Shown here: piece by piece, positions 13,695-26,978 of the stretch | How the letters are laid out: each line of letters begins with the position of its first letter | Position numbering within the stretch: the stretch's first letter is position 1 | Assembly (NCBI GenBank): GCA_003344405.1 | Contig: NOWV01000011.1 | Coordinates: 620,001-684,000, forward strand | Reading direction: 5' to 3' | From: Trichoplax sp. H2 | Lineage: Eukaryota | Length of the DNA: 64,000 nt | Notes under the pieces: model-generated | Database searches by the model: none | The model's input: only the letters and a program-made list of their open reading frames with translations | Told to the model about the DNA's origin: nothing | Position numbers and translations under genes: made by a program

Positions 13695-14271
13695 AAGGTT
13701 ATTCAATTTCAATAATAGAATATGATAAATTAACAGGATGTTGATTTGTCTCAATTTCACTTCTGCGACAAGGTAACGTACAGTAAAAGCCTATAAGTAG
13801 CTACTAACTTAAACGCCCTTTTACTTAACGTTAAACAAACACAGCAAAAGACTGTAAAGATGAAACTTTTATTAGCAAAGATACATCTACAACTTTTTAC
13901 CATCACTGAACTCAAACGTTCCCGTTTATATAGGTACCGTCTAATTCGTAAACAACAACAGTATTATCTTTATACCTTACTAGGAGAAACATCTTGAACT
14001 GAGATGTTCCTTACATAGCTTTCCTATCAGTAAATATTTTGAATCTCTTACTCATACTTAATCTTAATCTAAGCTCGTAGGTTGTCTAATTCAACTATCA
14101 TCAACTAGAACTTGAATCATCTTACTGCTATCTGTTACACAATAACAATCAATATCAAGTATGTAATGAACTGTTGCAAACAACATCCACGTTAAGGCAT
14201 TACTTATCTTACCTAGCATTACAAATATAAATATTCTCCATAATAGCTACTACTGTACTTATTAAACTGTC

Positions 14272-17200
14272 CTAATGACAAGGCAACACCGTAATATGAT
14301 TGTCATTTTTAACATTTACAACCTGTATCGATGATGCTGGCATTGTAACTTGATGATCTGATTGATTATTGAATGATAAAACCTCTTTACTTTCGTTGAA
14401 GGTCTTATCGACTTGCAAATAAGACACATTCGTTATGCCATCATGGCTGCTATTGAATTGTTGTTGACGAAGGGGAACCTCGCTGTTATAGCTAGAGAAA
14501 CTAGCGTGATGAGATGCTGGACTCGATTTTGCTATAACCCGTGAATCAGTTTGAAAACTAAATTCTTGAATGGAACGGAGTACAGCTTCCTTAGTATTTA
14601 AATCAGGTCTAAACAGAATTGTATAAATTTTAGGAACAAACAGTAATAGTAAAGTCGATAGCCCAAACGATATCACTGCTATAGACGAAAATGCAGCTTT
14701 TACTAATCCTACTGTACCATAAAAGCCTGGTATAGCTAGAGAAACGATTGCTAAAACAATAAATGAACATATAAATATATAGCGAGCTTCATTAAAGTTA
14801 TCGGGTAATTTTCGTGTCTTCCATGCTAATATGGTGCATATACAAATTAAAATTAATGTATAACCAATAATAATACCCAATCCGATATTTAAATCAGTCG
14901 TACAATGCACATGGACTTGATTCTCATATCGGTAATCATAGGTAGCATGTGGTGGATCGATAATAGCAAAGATTAACCAAATAATCATTGGTATAGCGGT
15001 AAGCGAAAATACAAATAGTATCTGAATAAAAGATTTATACCATAGACCGCAACTTCGGCCATTTAGTCGTCTAATATTTGAACTAGCCCTAAATACATCT
15101 GCAATATGTTTAGTTTTAGTTAGTAAGCATGCACTCCATAACGGAGAAGCGATGCTACTTAAGAATCCTCGAAACCAGCACAAGCTTGTAGTAATCGTAA
15201 ATAGATGAGACGCGCCTTGAATAAACAATAAAGTAACGGCGAATAGCTGTAGATAAGACATTGCCTTATTCGATGCCTTAACGATAGGCGTATTATTATA
15301 TTTGATATAAACACCGACAATAAATACAAGTAATAACATACTTAGCAGACAAAATGCTAAAATGGCGAGACATGCAGGACGACGCCAATCGACGATTGTG
15401 GGAGGAATTGGCAGACAATCTGAACGATTTTCATTAGCTATAAATCCAGATGAACATTTAAAGCATTGAGACGTAGTGCCGTTAGAAACTAAACCAGGGC
15501 CACATTTCAAACAGACGTAAAAACAAGTTTGTCCATCTAAGCTATGTTTACGCTCGCCAGTCGCACACGATGTATCGTAGACTTCTTGAGGTATGGACGT
15601 TGTTTCGCCATTACGCCAACGAATATCGTTATCAGCCATTTGTATTTCATCCTGATGAGGATCCCAAGTAGCAACTGTAACAAATTGTAAACATCCACGA
15701 TTATACTGCAGATTCCGAATATCGATTCGATGTAATACTTCATTTCCAGTAAATTTGATGGTATTGCCAGCAGCGTTACGAAAATGAACTTGTTTAAGAT
15801 TATATTTGTAAAGTGAATGATTATATGTTTCAATCGAATTACATTGCTCGCTAGTACAATTTAGTGTACGATGTAATGCATGAGCCATTGCATAGATTGC
15901 ATCTGCTAGATATAATTTATCTTCATTAAAGTTAATTTGATAAGCTTTGCAAGATGAATTATTTTCATCTATTTCCGTATAGTATTCCAAGGTTTCGATA
16001 CATTCTGGCTGAGCAGGTGTGCAATTATATAATTTTAGCCATAGATCGTCAAAATGCGGATTATGTAATTGGCCAGTCACATATTTTCGATAGTACTGAT
16101 TGTATATGGTTAGATTAAACTCTTCTGTCGATATTGTTAGTAAACCGCCGATAACTTCTTTCTTAATCTTATAAAGATGGGGCGAATAAATCCAATCACC
16201 AGCGCCAATCCAAGTCCTATCCGTTAAGTTTTGTTTTTCTGCTTCTTTCATAAACTTAAGTCCTTGTATCAAAGGACTAAGTAAGACAATGACTTTGATG
16301 TTATTACTTAATTTTAATTTCTGTACCGTTTCCACAGTTAATTGATCGATTCGAGTACCGCTAATTGTAAATTCTTGAGCGATACATACACCAGATTCTT
16401 GTAATTTTGAGCGTAATATCTCCATATTGTAACCTATTCCAGATGGTTCGATCGCTATCAAGCATATTCGAGTCATTTTATAATAGTTTATTAACGAGGC
16501 AATTGCAGACAGATGAGATTGAAATGAGGGTTGTGTCGAAAATAAGTTAGATAATTTCTCTTCTGATATAGAGGAGGCTATAGCGATAGGTGTAATCTCA
16601 ATAACGTGGAAATTTTCTAGAAATAGTAATACAGAAATTCATTATAACATTACGATATTTTACATTTTTGTTTGTACGATACCGTACTTGTTACTTTTAC
16701 TAAAAGTGTAATATAGTCGATCTTTGTACGATAGCAATTTAAGTACCTTCCATATTGATGCTAGAAAGCTATTTTAATTGTAAAGTTATTTAATCTATAC
16801 CATTTTATTTACAAGTAATGCAAGATAGTTCTATCTTATGGAAAATCAGATATGAAAATAATAGGAAGAGCTTATGCTAAATGTTTCTGATTTCGATACC
16901 GATAATTTAATATATAAATTTACGTAACGGCATTTAAATATTTTCATTGAAAATTTTTAATATCTTCAATAACCATCGACGGAATTAGTCGCTAATGTAT
17001 CGGCTCTTTAAAGGAAACATCAGTACGATAATTAAAACGGTATTTACATATTTACATCTGATTATACGGATACCGTTAAAATTATTTTTGTAGTTTTTCG
17101 ATCGATACTCTAGAGCATGAAGCAAATATTTATCTCTTAGCATATCTATTTAAAAGCTGATTATACGGATACTGTTAAAAATTATTTTGTTGACTTTTGT

Positions 17201-18831
17201 TTAATGCTTTAGAGCTTGAAACAAAAGTTTATCTGGTTATCATATTCATTTAATAGCGCTTTGTTTGCTAAGCAATTAATTCATAAAGTAAACTAAGATA
17301 TTTGTGTATAACCATAGGTGAACTGGGTATGTTTATGACGCAACTGTAAGAATAGCAATTTCTACATTCCGTAACTACTTCAAGGCTGTCCGTATAAGCT
17401 GTTTGAAATACACACTCACAATAAAATGCATTAATAGCTATATCATAAAGTGATCAATTTATCGCAATTCGGTCAGCCTTCAATTTATATAATTATAAGT
17501 TGAATTTCATATGTAGCTACCATGATCGCACAAATGATACTAAATCCCTTAACCCAATCTATCAACCCATATGCTGTACATATGGTTTGTAAACAACAAT
17601 ATGCTGCACTTGTATAACTGTTCGTAGCATCTTTTACATGTCATTTAATAAATTTGTAAGATATAGTGTTAAAGCGATTTTAAAGCCTAGAAAACTGAAA
17701 AGCTTTTACATTATCTTAAAATTCTATTAAATATCCGTCATTGTAGATCACGTTGTTTTAGTAGCTTTACAAATATGTCTTACTATAATAATATTATTTA
17801 CGCTTACGTTAAGTATCATAATTACTTAGTCAAATGCTGATCAGTGATCACGGACATTCTGTGAGAGAACATCAGCTTTCTTTCTGATTTTTATTGACAA
17901 TAACCTATTTACAATATTAAGTAAAATGGTTTTATTGTGCTTTGATTAATTTTCGTGTGTAGTACGAAAAGTTGACAGAGTTACAATAAGTTTTGTCCAT
18001 GGATTAAACGAAAACGGAATTTTTGCTTATGGATAGAAGATTCCTATGACAATCAAGCAAACTACTATAGTTACAGCTATCGGGAGAATTCTAATTTGTA
18101 AGACCAATTCGCAAGTTTACGTACTTTGACAAAAAGAGTAAAATTTAAAAAAATGAATCGATAGCTAGAATCCGATTTTGATAAAGTTTTATTATTATAC
18201 ATAAAAACGGATATACATTCCATCAATTTATCCTTTGAGTCTCGACTTTCCACCTATACACTATAAATATTGTTTTTTACTTACCTAAAAAACCAGCTGT
18301 AGCTTTGACATAGCTACTCGTTGTTGGACCAATCATTCCCAGAAAGGGTGAATAATGCGATTTAGATATTTCCGACTCAGGCGATTTCTCATCATTGCAA
18401 GAATATTGATTGCATATGCCTTCTTTAAAGGGTAATAAACGGAATAACAATTCCATTACTCCCCTGGAAGTGCGTAAGCTACTATAACATGTATCACGAA
18501 TCTCATAGCCTAGAGTAATATCTGGTAAGAGTTGAGAATTTTGATTGATACTTGTTATAGCTAATATCATGGCAGCTACTAAATGAATGCCTTGTTCGTT
18601 AAAGTCCTGACATTTTCGAAGATGTTGATCGTAAGCATAATGAGCTGGTAAGAGACCAGCAATGATAGCATCGCCGGATTTGCTTAAGCTAAGAGCATTT
18701 GCAACTGGTTGCTCAGTAAATACTTGGCTTACTAATATCTGAGCATCGATTGTAACGTCAAATATAAACAGTAAGATATAAAATAGTAAAAACTGGGCTT
18801 TGAATTTTCTAACCATACACCTGATCTGCAT
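14272..18831 (-). CDS. Class C GPCR paralog B, 2 exons: 18285-18831 and 14272-16616, about 963 aa
   Basis: Donor G|GTAAGT at 18284 and acceptor TAG| at 16617 join in frame (FL-E-NFHVIEITP). Motifs LLPDITLGYEIRDTC, DAIYAMAHALH, TPIVKASN, LPDNFNEAR and FVPKIY. Confidence 0.93.
17058..17257. repeat. Tandem duplication of about 99 bp in the paralog B intron
   Basis: ctgattatacggatac(c/t)gttaaaa...tagagc(a/t)tgaa...tttatct...catat...atttaa.agc occurs twice. Confidence 0.88.
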
Positions 18832-19117
18832 CTTTGCAAGAGTAAAATTATTCCATATAGATTGCAGTAGTAAAGTTCAGTAATTTAAACCAAACAACTT
18901 GCTGAAATATGTCAGTCATGAAGATGTCTATCGAATTATGATCAACTTTTATGCAATTGGATGACTTGTATACCAAAATATTAAGTTTAACCCGATCTTG
19001 ATGAAGTATAATGCTCACGATGCGATAATACTGCTACTCTGGCTATCTATAAATTAAATTTATAGTTAAGCAATAAGTGTATTAGTAAATATATGTAATG
19101 AGAATTGCTAGTCAATA

Positions 19118-19125
19118 TGACGTCA
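19118..19125. promoter_or_regulatory. Full CRE palindrome upstream of paralog B
   Basis: TGACGTCA lies 287 bp upstream of the ATG, followed by TTACGTAA at 19129-19136. An equivalent site lies upstream of paralog A. Confidence 0.5.
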
Positions 19126-20944
19126 TGCTTACGTAAAGAATAGGCTAAACATTTCTGCCAATAAATCACTTATCGAGAAATTTCAATATGATCGATCATC
19201 AAATCGATATCAATATGAAACACTCGTTATAATTATTGGCCTAGAAGAGAACTGTACCCTTATGGATTTCAAGTTGCAAGCGATTTTAAAAATATTTCCT
19301 GCTCGATTCTGATAGCAATGACTAAATATACGTGTAAGTAGATTAAACTAAGAGGATTAGCAATTAGTTTTGCGGTGTAGTCATCGTATATTGACTTTTA
19401 TGCATTGATTGCAATAGTCAGTATAAACAGTATGACCTAAAATACCAAAGATTGGCCCTTACATTTTCTACTTGTATACTCAATTTTCATCTTTCCAAGA
19501 GCGAGTTATTCCATAAAAGAGTTAGTAATTGAAGCCAAACTATTTGCTGCACATAGCTGAATAAAATATAATGAGGATAGGTATAAATCTTCATCCGATT
19601 TCGTTCCGTTAGATGGCCTCTATTAGAGACAGTCCATTTAGCAATGTGATAGCAGATAAATGTGTGAACTACTGAATATATATAATTACAAGCAGTTTTC
19701 AACCGCTCCTTATATTGTGATTGGTAGAAAAAGGATTCTATTATTATTGCCACTCCATATGATGTACGTCATTCACATTCGTTATCACCTTCAAAAACTG
19801 GTTTAAATAATATAATTAATAATCATGAAGCTTACTCTATCTTTTCATATAGTTTGATCATAACAATCATCAGCTGGTAGAAGGCTAGATTTAATTTGTT
19901 GCCAGCTCGGCCAAATAACGGCTACATTTTCCTTTTAACCCAAATTTTAGCCATAGATGCTGTTTACTGAAATGATTTTGCTCAATGCGAATACGATGCG
20001 ATAATAGTAATATGAAAGCACTGTAACTAGCATAGCTTAAAAGTAGCAATGCAATCGAAATGTTGTTACCATTTGCATTTCTCTAGATGGTAACTTTAAT
20101 CTGCAATAAGTCTCTGCAGTGCCAATTTCACTAGCAATATTAAACTATTTATAGTGGAGGTCGTAACTAAGTAGGATAACATATCACCTTTTCGTATTTA
20201 ATGTATCCTGTAACAGAACTACGAAGAATTAAATATATCCGTACTGAAGATTTTATCGTCTTTATTATATAGCATTCTAGCTTGTCCTTGACGTAATATA
20301 TAAATTTAATCTTATCATCATATTATATGCGCGCACATACAGATCGGACTATGTAAAGTATTACCCATAGAATTTAGAAATCTATAGCAAGTTTACAAGC
20401 ATTTGAAAGTTTAAATATCCATCACGACCTCAATCGATTATACTATCAAAGAAAACTTCCCTTTATTAATTAACATATAGCGACTGCAGACGTTAACATT
20501 TAAGAATACTATAGAAAATTTAATTGAAGTTTGGTTAGATTCAATAAACGCAATTTGCGCTTACTAAAGAGCAAAAAGCATTAGCCTCAGAAAATTTAAA
20601 CATATTACTTATCGCATGGACTGTTTTGCAACCAATAATGATAACCAAAGAAATCAAAGTCTAGGTTTTTTAATTATTACTAACTAATACTTTAAAGTTT
20701 TATAGAAAATGAACTGATTGTATATTAAAACTCGAATATTATGGAAACGTATGTATGTCTACGGCGACTACCAAAATAGTTTCTGGAAGTAATATTGCCT
20801 AAGGTATTTTTTTGGTGGCTGAGCGACAAAATTTTTGGCTATTATTGAAGATGTCCAATTATCCGATATTCATAATATTTCAGCTTCTGTTAAAAACTTG
20901 ATCAACTCTTAATAAATTCCGGAAATTCCATTAGTTAGAAATAT

Positions 20945-23900
20945 TTAAGCAACCGACGATAAATTTTCACCTTCAACGTTCACAACTTGTATTAATCTTG
21001 CTGCTGGAGCTTGATGATTTGGTTGATCACTGGATACTAAAATCTCTTTGGTTTCGTTAATACTACGATTAGGGTGTAAGTGTGATGTATTAGTAGCCGC
21101 GTCGTGGCTAACACTTAATTGCTGATGACGAAGAGGAACTTCACTATTAACGCTAGAAAAACTAGTACGACGTGATGTTTGATTCGATTTGGATATTATG
21201 CGTGTATCTGCATTAAAGCTAAATTCTTGAATGGAACGAAGTATAGCTTCCCTAGTATTTAAATCAGGTCTAAATAGAATTGTGTAGACTTTAGGAACAA
21301 ATAGTAGCAATAATGTCGCTAGTCCAAAAGTAATTACCGCTATCGATGCAAACGCCGATTGCACTAATCCCACTGTACTATAATAACCTGGTACTGATAG
21401 AGCGACAATCACTAGAATACTAAATGAACAAATAAATACGTAGCGAGCTTCATTAAAGTTATCAGGTAATTTTCTTGTCTTCCATGCTAATATAGTGCAA
21501 ATGGTGGCTAAGATTAGGGTATAGCCAATTACAATGCCCAATCCAAGGTGTAATCGAGTTGTACAACGCACATAGACTTGATTTTCATATCGATAATCGT
21601 AGATAGCTTGTGGTGGATCAATAATACCAAAGATCAACCAAACAATCATGGCGATAGCCGTGATTGAAAATACAAATAGTATTTGAATAAGTGATTTATA
21701 CCATTGACCTTTGGATCGATTTCTTACTCGTCTAATATTGGAACTAGCACTGAATACATCCGCAACATGTTTAGTTTTAGCGAGTAAGCACGCATTACAT
21801 AAGGGGAAAGCAGTGCCTGTCATGGTATATTGAAGCCAGCATAAACTTGTTGAAATCTCAAATTGATAGGATGCAGCTAGGAAAAATAATAAAATGACAC
21901 TGAAAAGTTGTAGATAAGACATCACCTTGTTTGATGCTTTAACGATGGGTGTATTCTCATATCTGATATAAACAATAAGAATAAATACGAGCAATAACAA
22001 CGATAAGAGAATAAAACTTAAAATGACGATACTGACGGGATCACGCCAATTTAACACCGTGGTAGCAATTGGCTCACAATCTGAACGATTTTGGTTGGCC
22101 ATAAATCCCTGTGAACATTTAAAACATTGAGATGTAGAACCATTAGAAACTAAGCCAGGGCCACACTTTAAGCAGACATAATAACAAGATTGCCGATCTA
22201 AGCTATGCTTTCGTTCGCCTACAGCACATGATGTTTCATAAACTTCTTGTGGTATAGTTATACTCTGGCCATTGCGCCAGCGAAAGTCGTAATCCATTAT
22301 TTCAGTTTCCTCTAAGTTTGGATTCCACATAGCCACTTTGACGTAATGAAGACAACCATCATCATATTGTAAATTTTCCAAGATAATTCGATGCAATACT
22401 TCATTATGGGTAAATTTTACTTGTTGGTCTGCTAAATTAGTGAAACGAATATGCTTGAAATTTTCTTTATAAAGTGTATGATTGTATGTTTCGATTAGAT
22501 TGCAACTTTCTTCCGTGCAATTTAATGTGCGATGGAGTGCATGAGCCATTGCGTAAACTGCATCTAATACATAAAGTGCATTTTGATAAAAGTCACGTTG
22601 ATAAACGGTGCAAGTTGAATTGATACCACCCGTTTCCGCGTAGTGACCCAAATGGCCAGAGCATTCTTCCTGACTTGGTATACAACCATATAATTTTTCC
22701 CATAGAGCATCTAAGTGTGGATTAGGCATTTTACCACTTATGTAACTTTCAAAGTAATGATCATAGACACCTACTTGAGACGATTCTGTCGATACTGCTA
22801 GTAAACCACCAATCACTTCCTTGTTGATCTGGTAAAGATCGAGCGAATGAACCCACTCGCCAGAGCCAATCCAAGTTCTCCCAGTTAAATTTTGTTTCTC
22901 AGCTTCTCTCATAAAAGCAACTCCTTGTACTGCAGGACTAAGCAGGACAATAACTTGAATATTGTCATTGATTTTGAGTTTTTGCACTGTATTAACTATT
23001 TGTAGATCAATATGGTCACCACTGATTGTAAATTCTTGAGCAATACATACACCAGAATCTTGTAAATTTGTCCTTAATACCTCCGTTTTATAGTTTATTT
23101 CCTGTGGTTCAATAGCTATCAAGCATATTCGAGTCATTGAAAAGTATTTAATGATATAAGAAATGAATAAAAGATGGTGTTGAAATGCAGGTTGGGTTGA
23201 ATATAAGTTGAATAAGAGATCTTCTGCTTCTGAGAATGCTATTGCGCTTGGACTAACATCAATAACGTCAAAATTGCCTAGAAATATATAAAATTATCTT
23301 ATTATAATAGTCTTCGTTAAAGGTGCCGTTCTGATACAGCGATAATTTTCAATAATCTTTCTACCTACCATTATACCGATACTGTTAGTAATTTGAATTA
23401 AAAATTAATTAAACATAATGAATCTATTATTTATAAATTTCAGAACTTCATTTGGGGCCTGTTACGGTACTACGTTGCCTAAATTATAGAGTTTAAGAAA
23501 GCATTGTTGCTCACAGTATTTTAGTGATATAGTATAAAGCTGTTTTGCAGATTATAGTACAGCGTGTCTACTGATTGCGAGCCTTTTAGAAGGGTAGTTC
23601 TCAGGCGTTATAGTAGCTGTACTATATTCTTATTAGATCTTTCAACAGATTAGGGTAGTAATTTGTAGAAGCAACTCAAAGTAAGTGATTTACGTTAGAC
23701 TAGTAAAATTGTCAGGAAGTAGTTCGTGACAGGCCACTTTAAAATTTCCAGCTGAAATGATAAGTGAGTTCATATTGGCAATTACTAAGTTTGATACGTA
23801 TATGGAAAGAATAGGTTTGTAGCTTAAATTATATTCATTAGCAATTAAAATTTCAGTTGATCTACTGCATGTTAATGCAGAAGGACAAAGTTAGAATTAT

Positions 23901-26657
23901 GGCTCCATTCTTGGTCTTGATAGTTTTAAAACAGATGTTTACTATTTTAAAATATCTATTTTTAGGGTGCTATCCGTTGCACAATTAGTTCAGAATGAAA
24001 ATGAAAGAGTCTTACGGCATCAATTTAGATTCTGTATACAGTGTATTTAAATGGAGTTATACTTGGAATGTAAAGTAGACTCTCACAACAGCTTCCAAAC
24101 TGTTCTAAATTCCTGAAATTAAGTACCGTAGATCTTTACCGATATACTGTAAAGTTCTAATACTAGATGATAGTTAGGATATAAAACGTGTACAAACGCA
24201 ATAGCCTTGAGCTATTCTCCCTTTTATTTTACTTGTGAAAAACATAGTACGGTAATGTGATAAATTTGTAAAATTATTATTACATCATAAAATTCATTTC
24301 AATAGATTTAAAACTGTATCTAGCTATCAGTGCTATCCAGAATTAGTCATAAACTGTAATAATGTCGGTGTTGTTACACAGATTGTAAATACCATGGCCG
24401 GTAGTGTTGACTATTTTTAAAGTTAGCTACAACAAAGTACAACTATGTTGAAGTGGTACAAAAGGTGCACAAATTTTCAGTTGCGTAGAAAACTGTAATA
24501 GCCTTTAAAAATCAATCTTCTACTAGGTCAAGTATGCTATAATTGATATAATTCAATAATTCTTACTGTATTATGGTCGTTAAATTGTAAATATGCTACA
24601 AATAAGCTGGAAATAGCTAAATTATCATGGTAATTGTTCTTAAAATTGCAATTTGCAACTATAGAAATTTTTTCAATAAGAACTTATAAAAAACTCTGTT
24701 TTACTCTCAATCATTCGCATTTATCAATTGTGAAGAAATTTACGAGCCAGTTTATTACATAAGCTATAATCCATATGCTATCCAATATGGTTAGAAGATA
24801 TTCATACTGTATTATTACTTATGATAGCTTTTGTATGCTATTTATAGCGTATAATATTACTGGTATATGGCAGTTACGGTACTACTTATTCATCTCAGCT
24901 TGTCTAAGACTTTGGAGATAGAAAAGTTTTGAATACAACGTATCTCTCAATCGCATTCAGTATCCATAACGATGGATGGTATTGCTATAGTTGATTCATA
25001 AATCTTAAGTATTTTGGTCTAGAAATAGCATTTAACCTAAAGTATCTTGATAAGTCAATTAAAGCCTGACCTCTGGTATAGATTTGCATTGGAGAATATC
25101 AACCTTCTTTTACAGTACTTGACCTTTTCTATTTTACCGTAAGCTATTAACACTATCAAGCAAAATGATGTCATTCTAATTTGAGTTGAAAGTTGTATTA
25201 GTGAAGATATTAAGAATTAAAATTAAAATAAATCTTTACGTAGAATTATGTGAATACAGAACTGCAGCTGTTGTAAATAGAAAAATGGCAAATCAATAGG
25301 ATACTTATGGGCAGATTTATGACGAGAGTTTATGATTAAGAAATGTTAGCGCCCTAGTTCTTGCAATGGGTCTTGCAAACGATAAATAATTATAAAGCAA
25401 GCAATTTATATCTGATTTTTTGCATAATTTAGAAACGTATACAATCATAAACAGGTGAATGCATTTTTTAAAAGTAAATCGATGATGTCCAGTAATTTCA
25501 TACTAAATTGTTGTAAATGGCGGTAGATTATCTAAGATTAATGCAATCTATTGCCTCGTACTTAAGATTTATACTCAAGAGAAATCTTGGGCGATAAATG
25601 TTGTCGTCAAAGTCGAACATTTGTGATATATTATACATGAGGAAATTAATGATTTTAGATAATTTATTTGTCCATACATTACTTATACCAACTATAAACT
25701 GGCCGATAAAGGGTCACAATAAGTTACTAGTGTAACTTTACTAGAAATAATATTTTATGTAAATTGTTTTCTGTAACCTTGTCATAAATTCCAATCAAAT
25801 CTAATTGCTTAGTCTAATCCTCTACTTTAGCCAATCTTGCATTAAGTAGGTATTATCAATATCAGTTAAATTTGAACGAAATAATTATTTTCCTTGCTGG
25901 ATTATTTTTAGAGAATTGAGTAAATTTCGTCATATAGATCGTGTATGGAACTTACAGTAATCACTATCAGTCTTTTACAACTAAGGAGCTTGAGCTGACT
26001 AAAGCAAGTATTAAAATGAAGTCATGAAACAGGTCATGAAAATAGCATCCCATATTAAAGCCTACAACTGTAGATCTTTTCTGTTAATCTCTAGAACTTA
26101 AAATATTTACACTTACCTAACATGCTTGCGGTAGCTTTTGCAGCATTAGTCATTGTTGGACCAATAACTCCGAGAAAAGGTGAATAAAATGATTCAGTCA
26201 TTCCAAAGTCATGTAATGCAATATTGTAACAGTAATATCCATCGTATGTGCCCTCTGCAAAGGGCAATAAATGCAGTAACAACTCCATTGTTTGTCTAGA
26301 AGTTTGCAAGCTGTTGTAACAAGTATCACGTATATCATAACCCAATGTAATCTCTGGTAAAAGTTTGGGATCGTTATTGACATTGATAATAGCGAACACC
26401 ATAGCTGTTACTAAATGGAGGCCATATTCATCAATGTCTTTGCATTCTCGACTATTTGTATCATAACTATTATGAGCTGGAAAGAGACCAGCAATGACAG
26501 CATCACCAGATTCGCTCAAGCTGAGAGCATTAACAGTTGGTTTTTGCGTATATACGTCGAGTAATGATTTCTGGCAATTAGTTGGAACGGATAATAAGAA
26601 CATCACGGTACAAATTAGTAAAAACTGGCTCTTTAATTTTCCAATTTCACACTTCAT
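20945..26657 (-). CDS. Class C GPCR paralog A, 2 exons: 26117-26657 and 20945-23277, about 957 aa
   Basis: Donor G|GTAAGT at 26116 and acceptor TAG| at 23278 join in frame (ML-G-NFDVIDVSP). Motifs LLPEITLGYDIRDTC, DAVYAMAHALH, TPIVKASN, LPDNFNEAR and FVPKVY. Confidence 0.93.
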
Positions 26658-26970
26658 CTTTCCAAGGATGAAATTGTTTAATAATAGATGGTAGTAATAA
26701 AATGGCTAACTTTAGTCTCGAAAAAATTTCGATACCGCTGTATGATGAAGGTAATTATTTAAAATTTAGGTGAAATTATTCAGTTAAGATGGCTTCTGTA
26801 CGGCAAAGTGGAGATTAGCATGATCTTACTTTGACAAGAGGGTGGCTCTTGCAGTTTTTAAAACCAATAAGCAACTTAGAAATGACTTGCGTAGGTATGA
26901 TTGTAATAAATTTTTCAGCTTATGTTAGTGCAATTAGGTAAATTTAAACGTCCTTCCATTAGCATCAGTC

Positions 26971-26978
26971 TGACGTCA
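26971..26978. promoter_or_regulatory. Full CRE palindrome upstream of paralog A
   Basis: TGACGTCA lies 314 bp upstream of the ATG. Confidence 0.5.
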
